Source of the DNA: Bugula neritina
Lineage: Eukaryota; Animalia; Bryozoa
Assembly (NCBI GenBank): GCA_964035545.1
Contig: OZ037765.1
Location: 12,534,698-12,598,697 of the forward strand
Reading direction: 5' to 3'
Length of the DNA stretch: 64,000 nt
Numbering within the stretch: position 1 is the first letter of the stretch; the number at the start of each line of letters is the position of its first letter. The position numbers were made by a program, and so were the translations under genes. This document shows positions 45,606-59,400 of this stretch, one piece after another. The notes under the pieces are model-generated. The model did no database searches. It saw only the letters and a program-made list of their open reading frames with translations, and was not told where the DNA came from.

Positions 45606-46373
45606 AGGATTGCTCTATCTTGTCTAATAAATGGCCATTTAGGTCAAACACACATAATATTGTGTTTTTCTAAGCATGCATTGACAAAAAGCATTTGACC
45701 AAAGGTAGAAAAAGTTAGTTGAAGTTGAGGGTGTAGATTGGTAACAGCCAAAACGCCGATTTTGAAATGAGCTGGGAACTGTGACGTAACAGCGCCAGCA
45801 TTCCTGCTGGTCACGTGACTATACAAATGAATAACTATAGAAATATGACTGTGAGATGTGATCTTTCAGCTCGTAATTTGTATATTTATAGAAGTGCAAA
45901 TGTGAATTATCTCAATCTATAGTTTTTTGACATGTTAAATAACATGTATGTGATAACATTAGGCCATATTTTGCTTGTAAGCATAGAAAAAAGCATTGCA
46001 AAAACATGCATTCTTTAGGATGAATGCCTGCGATCGATCTAAACTAGGTCAGATTGTGCAATATTACGGGCGCACCAAAGCTGACCTATATAGCGCACCG
46101 TAACTGCTTGAGCGTTATTGGTTGATGTTGCGCTCAGCAACCTTGAATACTAGCGTTATAGTTAGCACGTGCAGCATAGTTACTGGCGTTCACACGTCAC
46201 GTATTAGGCTATTCTTTTTCATGGCTGAAAATTTTACCTCCCTCAAAATTGGAATTTTGAAAAGCTGTTTTCTAGGCATATATCCCTTTGCAAAGTCACA
46301 ATTGTTTGCATACACATTAGATTATAGTTCATAATTATAATGTGATTGTAATAAACTAAGATAGAGCAATCCT
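45606..46373. mobile_element. Non-autonomous Kolobok-like DNA transposon (768 bp)
   Basis: TTAA|AGGATTGCTCTATCTT ... AAGATAGAGCAATCCT|TTAA: perfect 16-bp TIRs starting with AG and a TTAA target-site duplication. Confidence 0.75.
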
Positions 46374-46788
46374 TTAAATTAAACTTCTCAGGTCCGGCTC
46401 ATCACAGTAACACTTGCCCTTGGGTCTCATCCTAACACTGGGTGTGTGATTAATAATCCTCATACTGATACTTTAACTTTTAACTTTTCAATTCCTAAGC
46501 TAATCCTGTCTCTTACTAATCATTATTTATTATAATGATATGACATTAATTACTGATTGGTGTCACAGTGAGCTCGTGTGTGCTTGAAGCTCTAATATAA
46601 TGTTTCTAATGTCTGATGTAATTCTAGATTCAATATTATTTATAGATCTGAAATTTTGTATGTGAAGTTGTCTGTGAGACAAGAAAATATTAATGTAAAC
46701 AGAGGTGTGGACCGTAACCACTATATTGACCTTGGAGGTTTCTACAATATTGAATGAGTAGCAGACTGCTGACTACTTTATCTTGAAG

Positions 46789-49700
46789 ATGAGTCGTGGG
46801 ACTCGCTTTGGCATTTTGTCTCTGGTATGTTTTTAATATAAATAAATGAATTCAGTGTTTATATTAAGCAGCATAGGTTAGCTTACTATATGTCAGTAAG
46901 ACAATTGGTGATTTGAAAAAGGGCATCTGATCTTATTCGCTTCTGTACCACCTAGTAGATAAACAGCCCATAGCCTACTTGTAGAAGCATTTACTTACGA
47001 GTAACTAGAGTTCAAATTCTAAATGGTAGCTACTACATTTTGACCTATGAATATGTTTTTATAGAAATCGGAATAAGTTTATAAAAGTGCTTCCTACATT
47101 GACCATCAATAATCAACAATAATTTTTGTACAAATAATAAAACAGTGCTTTTTGAACAAATTAATCTAAATGACTGCGAACTGTCCAGTGATGTTTATTG
47201 TCTTTCATATTTTGGATTTTACATGTGTCTTTATATTCAAAATAAGTGAGTGAGATTTGATGCTGTTAAGAATTACTTTAAAACAGTTGAAAAAGGAAAA
47301 ATAGTTATCAGTCATTAATTTAAGGAAAACCCTAACTTATATGCTACAGGCGTTTGGTGTGCATGCAGAAAATTAAATGTATGCAAACATATTCATACTT
47401 TATGCAACCAGCCTGTTTTGTGTTATAGGTGATGTTAGTAATGATAATGTTAATTTCGCTGGAATATAAGTTTGATTCCTAAAATTATGTTTTGTGTGGC
47501 GAAACCTTAAATAGAGTCATTACAGTTGGATGCTTCAAATAATTTTTTTACCATCTTTGTAGCTGTAAGTTTGAACACCAAAACGTGTAAGTAAAAGTTA
47601 TATGTTTTAGGCTCCAGAGCCAATGCAGGTTGATGATGGTACAGAAGGAGAGGTTTCTGAGGCAGAAGAATTGGTTGTTGTACAGAATCCCTCACTGGTC
47701 TGCTGCTTGCCATACTTCTATTCCTTAATAGTGATTTACGAACTAGCTATGGCTGTTTCTGTTGAAACTGATCATGTTTTTAAATTTGTCTCATTTTTTC
47801 TAAATAATATGTTTCATGTCTGTGAAATGTTAGTTAACCAATACTTCTATGAAAGTTTACTTTTCTCGTTTTAGGATTTGGACACCTATATAGCCAGCTA
47901 CCAAGGCATGGCTAAGCTTCAAAGGCTTCTTTTCATAGCTGATAGGTGCCCAAGTTTACAACATGAGGCTCTCAGAATGGCTTTGAGTACGGTCATGCAA
48001 ACATACAACACAATGGCCTATCAGTCTGTTCATAGAAAACTCTCAGAGTCAATCACTAGGCAAGTTATAATTTTCATTTTATACTGTGAATAATTGCCAC
48101 CAAAGTTTTTATAGCCTGCACTGTTATGATATAAGAATTAACTTCACTAAAATTTTTGATTCAAGCACTTCTTGACATGGCTTTTGAGAGTTGTCCTCTT
48201 TTTCTAAGAGTGAGTTTTAAAGTTATATAGCACTTAAAATAAATAAATTCTGATATCTAATATTGCTGAAAGCATGTTTAAGTAACATTATGACATAAAG
48301 AAGGAAAGTTAAAATGTTTATGAAGACTTTTAAAAGGAAATTGTTTGCCTACTTTGAGTAAAATCCAAAAGAATTGAACTCTTTTTTCTGTTAATTAAAT
48401 GCCTTTGTGATATAATTGCATTTTATATTGAAATATATTGACTTTTACTACTGCTACTACTACTACTGCTGCTACTACTACTACTGCTACTCATACTAAT
48501 ACTCATACTACTACTCATACTAATACTCATACTAATATTCATACTAATGGTCACACTAATACTCATACTATACTACTCATACACTCATACTAATACTCAT
48601 ACTACTACTCATACACTCATGCTAATACTCATACTACTACTCATACACTCATACTAATATTCATACTAATATTCATACTAATACTCATACTAATACTCAT
48701 ACTAATACTCATACTAATACTCATACTAATACTCATACTAATACTCATACTAATACTCATACTACTACTCATACACTCATACTAATACTCATACTAATAC
48801 TCATACTACTCATACTAATACTCATACTCATACTAATACTACTCATACTACTACTCATACTAATACTCATACTCATACTAATACTACTCATACTACTACT
48901 CATACTAATACTCATACTAATACTCATACTAATACTCATACTAATACTCATACTACTACTCATACACTCATACTACTACTCATACTAATACTCATACTAC
49001 TCATGCTAATACTCATACTACTCATACTAATACTCATACTAATACTCATACTACTTCTCATACTAATTATCACTACTACCACTTTAGTGGGTCCCTGTTG
49101 CCGGATGCCCTGGCTGGGTTGGTGCGTAACGTCCCTCCTCTGGACACAGCTTGGATTGACACTACAGCTAAACGAGCTGCGCAAAAGTTAGAGAAACTTG
49201 ACATTGACTTGAAAAATTATCGAGGAAACTCTATCAAAGAGAGTATTCGGTAATAATTTATTATTCTATGTTGGTTGCTGCTTTTTGAACATGTTTTTCT
49301 TCTAGAAAATTCAACACTTTGACGATTATGATTGTGAAGTTTTCATCTAAACCAACATACAAAAGATGTATATCTGATAAAGCACATTGTTATGCAACTG
49401 CTGTTACTGTTGTTATTTAAGATGATGTCTAGGTGATTGCAGCTTTCACATCTTCTTTTAGACGTGCACAGGATGACCTTGGCGATCATCACTTGGATTG
49501 CGGTGATCTGCAGAATGCACTCAAGTGTTATTCACGGGCTAGAGATTACTGCACCAATGCTAAGCATCTCATTAATACGTGTGTTAATGTTATAAAGGTG
49601 CGTAAACATCTGTAAAAACGTACGTAAAAAGTTTTTGAAAGTTAATCGGCTCAAGTCAAACCCAGTCAAATGAAAAGGTTTTATCAACTCGACTTTCCTA

Positions 49701-52700
49701 TTTGATTATTTAGGTGAGTATATACTTACAAAACTGGCCCCATGTGCTCAACTATACGAAGAAAGCTGAGGGTCTCATGGAAAACGTAAGTTTTCATATG
49801 CTCCTATATCGTCACAATTAATAACATCTTGCTGATATAATATGTTTTGAGCAAGCTGTTTGTGATCGAAATGTATTATTTTGAGTTATTTAGTACAACC
49901 TAAAAGTATACATACGTATATGTAAAGGTCAAATGCATTTTACTTTGGTAGTATTTTTTGTTTCGAATATTTACCTAGAACACATGTTGCTATAACAATT
50001 CACTCTATTCTGAAATATCACTGGTTGATGTGTAAATTGGCTTACCTTGTAGGAGATAAAGACTGCTGGTACTGCAACACATACAGCCCCACTTCTTGAT
50101 TGTGCTGCTGGTCTGGTGGAATTAGCCCATAAAAAGTACAAAGATGCTGCTAAACACTTTTTGAAATGCCAGTTTGATAGCTGTGATTTTCCTTGGGTAT
50201 GTGCTGTTTGTATTGCCAATTGCATATGCAGCAAAATGTACTTATAACTTGATACTTTACGCTACAAATATGGACTTTATTGTTATGCAGTTTCATTTCT
50301 TCATGGTAATTTGCTTTATGGTGGCTTAAACACTGGTCTGTTATGTTTGATTCAAGGATTTAAATATCTTAAGAAAGAAACTCTTGGTTTTCATGCATTT
50401 TAGAATTTATGGAAAAGTTGTCTTCTTTTATCATTTTAGATTGCTTCTACTAACAATATAGCTGTCTATGGCTCATTGTGTGCATTGGCTACCTTCACTA
50501 GAGCTGAGTTACAGAAAAATGTCATTACAAACAGGTAATTGATACATCATGTTATGCTCTGAGTATCTTGGGAGGTCAGTTGACATGGGATAACAACATA
50601 ATACATCAGTCTGTTAAACAAATACTGTTTTAATTTTAAAATATTAGTTGTTGTCACACTAAAGGTATTTTTTGCACATGTTACTGCAAACAGGAGTTAT
50701 CTAGTTAATCTAATTTAATTGATGAATAAAACACAGAGAAGTGTACATCAGACAATGATTATTAAAGAATCTGCATGACAACTATGCACATGTCTTTCAT
50801 TTACCTGTATGTAAAGAATACTATGTGGTATTCACAAGTTATCCTAAGGATACAACTTTTCGATTGTATATTGACAAATTTTATTGTTTTTGTAGCTCAT
50901 TCAAATTATTCTTGGAGTTGGAGCCTCAAATTAGAGAAACCTTAAATGCATTTTATAGTTCGAAATATGGAGTTTGCCTGAAGATATTGAATGACATGAA
51001 GGTAAGCAACAGATTGTCTTTTATCTGGTTTTTCTAAAAGTTAATTCAGGCATAAATAATGTTTCTAGTTTATATTAAATTTGAACTCGCATGTCATATC
51101 TACCTTATATTTATGTATACACTAAATGTTTTATGCAGTTGAACCATATGATGGTGGGTCAGGGGGTTGAACTTTTAAATGAGTGCCTTTTGCCAGTTAC
51201 TCAGTTATTACAGCCTCAAAAATCATATTTCTTTAAGTACTTCCCATGCCCTTTCAACAGTCTTGTATTGTCATGATATAGGAGAAGGCTATCATAGAAG
51301 CCTGCAATATTTTTCACTGGCTTTGCAGCTATAACTTATGTATGATTACAGGACAACCTGCTCTTGGATATATACTTAGCTAGACACGTCAACTATCTGT
51401 ATACCCAGATAAGAAACAGAGCTCTTTGTCAAGTAAGCTGTAATAATTCTATTTATGTCAAATTGACACTCCTGATTAGAAACTTTGCTAGTTATTTTTA
51501 TGTTTATCCGTACGTTTATATTTCAATGAAATGTATTTTAAAAAAGGGTTATATGCCTTTATTTATAATCTGCCATTTTTGGACAGCATATTTTTTTTAT
51601 TTTGAAATTATATTCATAAAATTTAAATCTACGGCGTAAAAATGCTGTAAATTTCCTGTTATTTTCACAGTACTTCAGCCCGTACGTGTCGGCAGATATG
51701 AGCAAGATGGCAGAGGCGTTCAACACTAATGTTGGTGATTTAGAAAACGAGCTCATGCAGCTGATACTAGATGGGCAAATAAATGCTAGGATTGACTCTC
51801 ACAATAAGGTGTGTATTTTATTTTGCCTAATCTTAAATTGTTAGCTCAGAAAGATGTGATGAACTTATTTTTGAAGAAGCATTGAATTTTATGTTATGGT
51901 TTTAATGAATTTAAAAAACTCAAAAGTAATGTTATTAATAAATTACTCCACTCTGGTTATATTACTAGCATAAGTACCTCAATTATACCGGCTGATTCTA
52001 ACTAAACGTGCGGAATTCTTAGAAAGTGTTAATACAGCTTTATGTTTTGAAATTCTTAAAGTATATTTGAAGTTTATAAATGATATTTTCTCTAGTATAT
52101 GCTAGGAAAGTGTGCTTAAACTGAGTCACCTGCATCGCTTATATATGAAATGCAGCACAGAGTATTTTGTACTGTTTTTATTGCCCTGTTATTGTTTGCT
52201 GCCTCAACTAGCTATAGTTCTATTGTACCTTTGATATCAAAGATTGTCTTTGGAATTTTTTGCCTGTGTCTTTGCTTTGATTTAGAATAAATTAAGATAC
52301 CCAAGGTGCAGCAATTACATCGATCAAAGTTTTAAAATTATGCTGATATATGCATAATAATAAATGCGTATACTAATATGCATTTGTTATTAGCACCCAT
52401 TACTTTTTGATGGTGGAGTAAGTTGCATGTTTTTTTATCAACACTGCACACACAACTTCACCAATTGAGGTGCAGACTAGCACCTTGTAGTTGCCTTTTT
52501 GTACTCCATTCAGATTTTGTGCAATAATATTAAGCAACACACCTGCTCCTACTAAATTGATGGTTTTTTTGTGAATAGATTCTTTATGCTAAAGACATAA
52601 ATTCAAGACAGCACACATTTGAAAAGGCCCTCAATGTCGGTGAGAACTATCAAAAGAATGCTGGTTTTCTGGTGCTCAGATCTGCTGCCATAAGAAGTCT

Positions 52701-52952
52701 GGTTCATGTTTCTGTGGCAACTGCTCCAGGTATGTGTGCATATTGACATTGTTTAGTCTCATGACAATACCACAGGTGAAATTGGCTATAGTTTAGTGAC
52801 TGGTTGGCTCAAATTATGTCTAGTCAAAAATAGGGAGCTGAACAGTAGGAAATATGGAATTTTCAATCAAGATTCACACTTGCCTTAACAACCATACTAT
52901 TATTTTATATGAAGGAATTACTGTTTTTAATTTTACAGATTCACAAGCTTGA
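46789..52952 (+). CDS. GPS1: COP9 signalosome subunit 1 (CSN1/COPS1)
   Basis: Exons encode [97 protein letters not shown], and the PCI domain [38 protein letters not shown]. The first exon (46789-46824) is less certain. Confidence 0.94.
48445..49080. repeat. (ACTCAT/ACTAAT/ACT)n compound satellite in a COPS1 intron
   Basis: About 630 bp of ACTCATACTAAT units; it explains the MSIS/LILI ORFs. Confidence 0.95.
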
Positions 52953-53455
52953 GGAGGAGGTAGTGGCAACAAGCCAACTTTACTAAATCACCACAGCTAT
53001 TGACTTTTGTAACAACTGACTAAGAAAGTAGAGTAGTGAGTCTAAGTTAAATTGACTGTTATAGTTTGCAATGTGTTATCATTACTGTACAGCTTTGGAA
53101 AATGTAAATATGTAGCAGTCACTATATTTTTGTCATTAAAGTGCTAGGTTTGTATTGCAATACAACTATTTATCACCACTTTCTGCAAAAGAGTGTAGTG
53201 CAATTTATTAAAAGTTGGCACATGAATTTTCCATTATGAATTCAAGTAGTACATGTATACATAAAGAATCATTTTACCATATATGTATTTATTGCCATGT
53301 CAAGTCCCAATGTAGATATAAAAATATTGTTCAAGCATAAAATATAAAAGCAGTTCTTCCAATTAAAATAGATTAAAAATTAATCGAATGGCGTAGAAAA
53401 TCTTGGCACTAAAAAGATATTACAAATAGAATGGCAAAGTGGGTGGTGGTAGCGA

Positions 53456-56400
53456 CTAATCACTGTCAGCTGTAAGACGTGCAGCTGTAGCTTCTTTGAA
53501 TGTGAATGGCAGAAATTTGACGCCATCTCCATAAAAGAACTTGCTGTTGAACTCGACCCAATGGAGTCGAAGGGCATGAAGGAAGGCTGAGAGTCCCTCC
53601 ATCATTAGCAGTACTGCCACCGTAAGACATGCAAATGGAGCAAAAGTTATGGAAAGCATGGCTGCTCCTGTGAACCCGCTGTTCATGGTTAACCCTGTTT
53701 TCAAGACCATGTTCCATAACACTTCAGAAAGTTCTGTAATGAATAGTAAATCACTTGGTGGTAATTCTGTAACATTGATGCCAAATGTTTATGAACCCAA
53801 TTCCTGTAGAAAAAACCTAAACCTTATAGCTGTAAAAGTTGAGAATGTGGGTTACTTACGGGCATGAGCTAGACTGAGAGCCCAGAGTCTCAAGTAAGAG
53901 GCTGTATTGGAGACACACCCTAAGCAATATTCAATAGTGTGAATACACTGGTGTACTATCACTTCACCCATGCCATGCTCCTCAGTCCCAACATCTTCTT
54001 CATCTGTCTGACTCTAACAAGCATACCATCTATAGATGCATTCTTGTCATTAGGCAATCTGTATTTAGCAAATAGGCATGCAGATATCAAGTGACTTCAG
54101 ACTTATTACCATTACTATATGCTACTTGCACCAGTTATTACAGTGTTGAAAATAGTCCTTCTATGCATGAAAGGGTAAGAGGCAGAGATAGTTGATTAAA
54201 TTAGCACCAACATCTATTCAAGTATTAAAGAATAATGTAAGTGCAAACCATTTGAGCTTCAACTCCAGCAGGATGATGTCCATTTCCATGTAACGTAGCG
54301 TTATCATCCTCATTCAATGGAGCAGCACCCTTGAATGGTAGAAAGTCATACAAAATATTAATAAACATAAAAAGCTCTCTTACAGAAGCATCTATGAAAA
54401 AATTTAGCTAAATTGTTATTGAAAACAAGAGTTTTTCCTCTTTTACCTGCCAAAGGCAGCTAAACTGTCCAAAAATCAAAATTGAATAATCATCTTTCAT
54501 AATTATCAAAAGTGATCTTTGTATTACGTAATTTTACATACTGAAAACTATTCGCTGAAAAAATAATCGCTCAAAGCATTAATTAAAAAGTAGTAATACT
54601 AGTAATTTAAATATAAATTTGTTAAATTTAATTCAATAATTCCAATGCCTTTTCTGTAAGGTTGTTCAATATAAGTTAAATACAAATAAAAATAAAACAA
54701 ATTTATCATGAACAATATTTATACTCCGAACCTGCAAGAAAACCTTTTCAATGAAGCAGAATATATACATATTATCTTGCATCAATTTTTGCTACTACAG
54801 CCACTTTATTTTATAGCCAAACTTCAATATATATGATATTTGGCAAGCTGATTTTGACCAATGAATGGCTCATGTGAATTAAAATGAGCTACTCATAGTC
54901 TGGTGAAAAAGGTAATCTAATAAATTAATAAATAAGTTCTTGAAATTATGATCATACAAGAAAAGCAACACCCAATAATGTGTGAGAAACTGAACTGACT
55001 TTCCTCCAGGCATATGAATCTCAGCTCATACAAGATATATCGCTAGCAAAGCAAGTCTGTGATCACAGAGAAATATGAACAATCAGCAACAATCACAAAA
55101 AAAGCATTGATGCACATAAATTTTTCATGCTCACAATAATTGGCAGTCAAGTATATTTATCAGGCAGCTCCATCTTACCTTCATTACAACAGCAGGTTTC
55201 TGATGAAAATGAAGCATATAAAAAATCATAGCGTTGGAATTATATTATATTAAAATACTTGAAAGTTTTATTAGTTACTAACTTTCAAAATCAAATGCAA
55301 CAAAACTGATTCAGAATTGCATTGAATTACATTATAAGAGTAATATTATGTTGACATACATAATCCCATTTTAGGGTAGTGCACTTTTCACAAAATTATT
55401 AGAACACTTGTAGTTACATTATATGTTCTCTGTTTTACTTTTTGACTGCACTTGGCTATTTTCATTGATATAAATCATTCATTCAACCTTTTCCCTATAA
55501 TCATAATATTCTGTTACTTAGAAACAAAACTTACATTTTTGTTGCTAAAGCAGCGCTGTATGCCAATGACTACAGGTTTAACTATCAGCAACCATGGAAT
55601 ACATATCCCGGCAGCTCCCACTAAAATTGTCTGCACCATTTTCTAAAACAACACAATAACCAGTTGCATTACGTTACATTACACACCAGCAAATTTACTT
55701 ATTAATTCAAGTAGTGACAAGATTGTTGTGGGCCCAAAGTTTTTACACATCTACATGCAAGTAAAAGCAATAACACATTTGTGCTAAATATATAATGATT
55801 GTAAAGAATCATGGTTTATAAATATGTATGACTACTTAAAAATAGTAAATTAGCAATTATGGAATTAATGTTTTCTTCCCAGGTAACCGAAAATAATACC
55901 ATATATCACAATGAAGAACATACCATTGTTGCCAAATCATTAAACAAAACAAACTGTGGGTTACAATCAGGAATCTCTGCTGGGTAGCTGAAGAGAAACA
56001 TGTTGATAAAACCTAAAAGATAAATATGCATAGTTTTTAAAAACTCTATTACAGTTCAATAGTGACTAAATAATCCGCAAAATAATTATAGGAAATGCAC
56101 AAGTGTAACTCATCCAACTTACCGACTAGAATACTTGGCGCACAACTAGTTATGTTGAATACAGTAAGCCACTTCAACACAATGAGCAACAACATGTAAC
56201 CAAATATACTCAAAATGAATATCATTTCCGGGATGAATTCACAAAAGATGCTCTTCCAACTTCGGAAATAACTAAAATAGACACAGATAGTAACTCATGA
56301 CTCATAGCTATACTAAAATGGTAGCTAAGGAGTCAGAGAAGGGAATCACTTCAGTTATATAATGATACAACGTAATTTTATACATGAATAGTCATCTGCC

Positions 56401-59400
56401 GTTGAAATAAAACATTGTTCTTACCAATGGTTCAGGAAACTGAGAATGAGACCAAACAACATCTGTATTATTCCCACAGCAATCGACATCTTCATTTTGT
56501 ACGAGTTAATGAAAGTAATCTTGTTGCTGGCGATCATCCATATCTTAAAAAGTGACGCAAAACAGAAAATAAAATTTAGTAACTATTGCATAAAAAGAAA
56601 TAAGTATACGACACTCATCACATAAAATCATTCTGTCGCAAAATAAAAAGATAAACCAAAAATTTTAAGCATCAAGATAGGTGAGCTGATCATTAATGGA
56701 CTTTCAGTATATACATATCTGTAGAATATTTTATTAATACTCTGACATTGAATATATTTTTGAAAAAGAATTCTACAAAAAAACCTTAGTTTAAACAATC
56801 AACAAAAATAAGTACAATATAACTAAACCTAAAAAATCTTTTGATTAATTATTTCATGGTTTGAAAATTTGCTTTTCTGGAGTTGAGCTATTGAAAATTA
56901 TACAGTTTTCATTTACAGACTTCACTGTTATTCAATTACAAGTATTCATACATTATGCCAATTTCATTTCATATGCTGATTTTATCGAGATGATTGCTAT
57001 CATTGGCTAACAATGATATAACCTGTTCAAACAGATATAAGATTAGAAAAATATTTGTGCAAATGCAGCATATAATAGGTCACTAACTGGGTCAACGCCG
57101 ATGGGATACACAGTTCCAGTTCTGTTATAACTCTGCAGGTGGGTGAATGCAGGAACATGGTGCAGGTCAATATACAAGTGGCCGTTGATGTAATATGGGT
57201 GATCACTTTCGTGGTCCGTTGCGTTTGCTAAATCAGTTATGTTTTCAAAAGTCGTGCTGTTTCCAACAAGTGTAGTGTTTGCCAAATCGGTAGAATTTCC
57301 ATGATGAGAAGCATCTCTGCATAATTATAAAACAGACGAACTATAATGTAAAAACACAAGACTGTGTGTAATATTGTATAAAAGCAACAAACCCTAACTA
57401 ATGGTTTACTAAGTGTTGAGTATTTATATTATACAGTCATATTATTATCCAAATACATTTATTATTACAACTATATTATATAACATATTATATATATATA
57501 TATATATATGTACATACGGATAGTATTTAGTAACCCTCCACGAAGAGCCAAATAAGTTGACAGATTTGGAGAAGAAATCATTGTATATAAAGCCAGTATA
57601 TATAGAGAACAGCCCCATCAGCAGGATTATATAACGGCCTCCAAATATCATATTCCAGATCTAAACATCCATGTAAACACTAATGTGAAGCACATAGAAC
57701 AATAATCAACACCATGCTAAGCAAAGTTACACACAACTATAAAATATTGGTCAACAAAACAAACTACTAAACATAAATATATACATTATTCTTCATCAAA
57801 ACTATAACTTGCAATCACATTGAATTATTGCAACATCATAAAATATTAGTCAGTAAATATTGCAACTAAAACTGTTATCTTACGACCAAATATGCTAAAC
57901 TTTGAATAAATCTTCAGCAAAATGACCAACAGTGTTCTCACCTCGTTAGAACCCTTATTCTTGAGGAACTTTTTCTCCTTAATAACCATCCAGAGAGCAA
58001 AGCAAGACATCACTACCCCGTGGGCACAGTCACCAAACATGATGGCAAATATGAATGGGAATGTGATGATGGTAAATATGGCTGTAAATAACATAACAAT
58101 AAGCATACACAACTTTTCCATAATTCTGAGAAAATATTTATGAATGAAAACACCTGTCACGAAATTCAAGTAGCATTTTACTACTAAAAATCAATGAAAA
58201 TCTGAAACTCTGTATTAAGCATAAATTATATATGTCAGGACATTAGTGCAATGCACTACAAGTAATATGTAACATAGCTCTACAAGGAAATGACAGTATA
58301 TTAACACTGGCAGTGTGTGTTGCTTCAGTGTTGCCGTAGCAACAGGATTGTTCATGAACTCAATAAACAAGTCAGTGTGTGAATGTAGCAACAAAGATTA
58401 CAATTCAAGTGTTATGAATTTTCCATCATAGAGAATAATATGAGAATACCTGGGTTGACCTCCTGATACCTGCCTATACCGTAGGCATCAACAATACTCT
58501 GGAAAGCTTTGGTAAACTTGTTAGTTCTGTTGAAAGTAGGAATTGTTTCGTTAGTAGTTAGCCGGTTGAGAACTGAGGGTACTTCACTATTGGACTTGTT
58601 CTGCAAGAAACGTGCAGCAAACCTTTACAAATCCTATACAGTATATACTATATATACTGTATATACTGTATATTACATATAATGTATACTATATATTCTG
58701 CACATACTATATATTCTGCGCATACTATATATACTGTACGTACTGTGCATTCTATATATACTGTATATACTATATATATACTGTACATAGTACGAGTATA
58801 TAATTATACTGTACACATATGTATATATTTGAAACACAACACCTAAGTACTCCTATGTTTGTTAAAAAGAGTGGCCATAAATAACTTCTGTCAATGTCAA
58901 AAAATGCTACGAGCAATAGTATGCTGAGTAGTATGCAGAGTAGTACGTGCTATAATATTAATCAAATAAAGTTCATTGCCCCTTCTTTACAGCTAGTCGA
59001 TGCGTGTTGCTGTATTACGTCTGTCTTTTTTGTTCTTTTTCTTTAAATCCCCTAAGATATTCCTAGATAGTAAGATAATTCTATTGACTTACTGTTCCTT
59101 CGGTTATGGCTTGATTGACTTTGTCCAAATCCCGAACTGGGGCCCAGCACTCGGCAATCAGACACTTCTGCGTGACATCCATGTTGAACATATTCAGTGT
59201 GTGGTATATAGCCTTGGTCTTCAGAACTTTTACTGCTAGAGAGCGGACATCCTTCGATGTATTCACGAGTAATCTCTTTCTATGATCCTCAGTCTTTTCC
59301 AGAACCTGCGAAAAGATATTTGGCTCAATCATTCTTATGACGACTAAGTACAACTTTTGAATAAAAACTTTTTATACAAAATAATTTCAATACAAAAACA

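Noticed and set aside
48769-49191. MSIS/LILI ORFs
   Set aside because: Translation of the ACTCAT/ACTAAT satellite.
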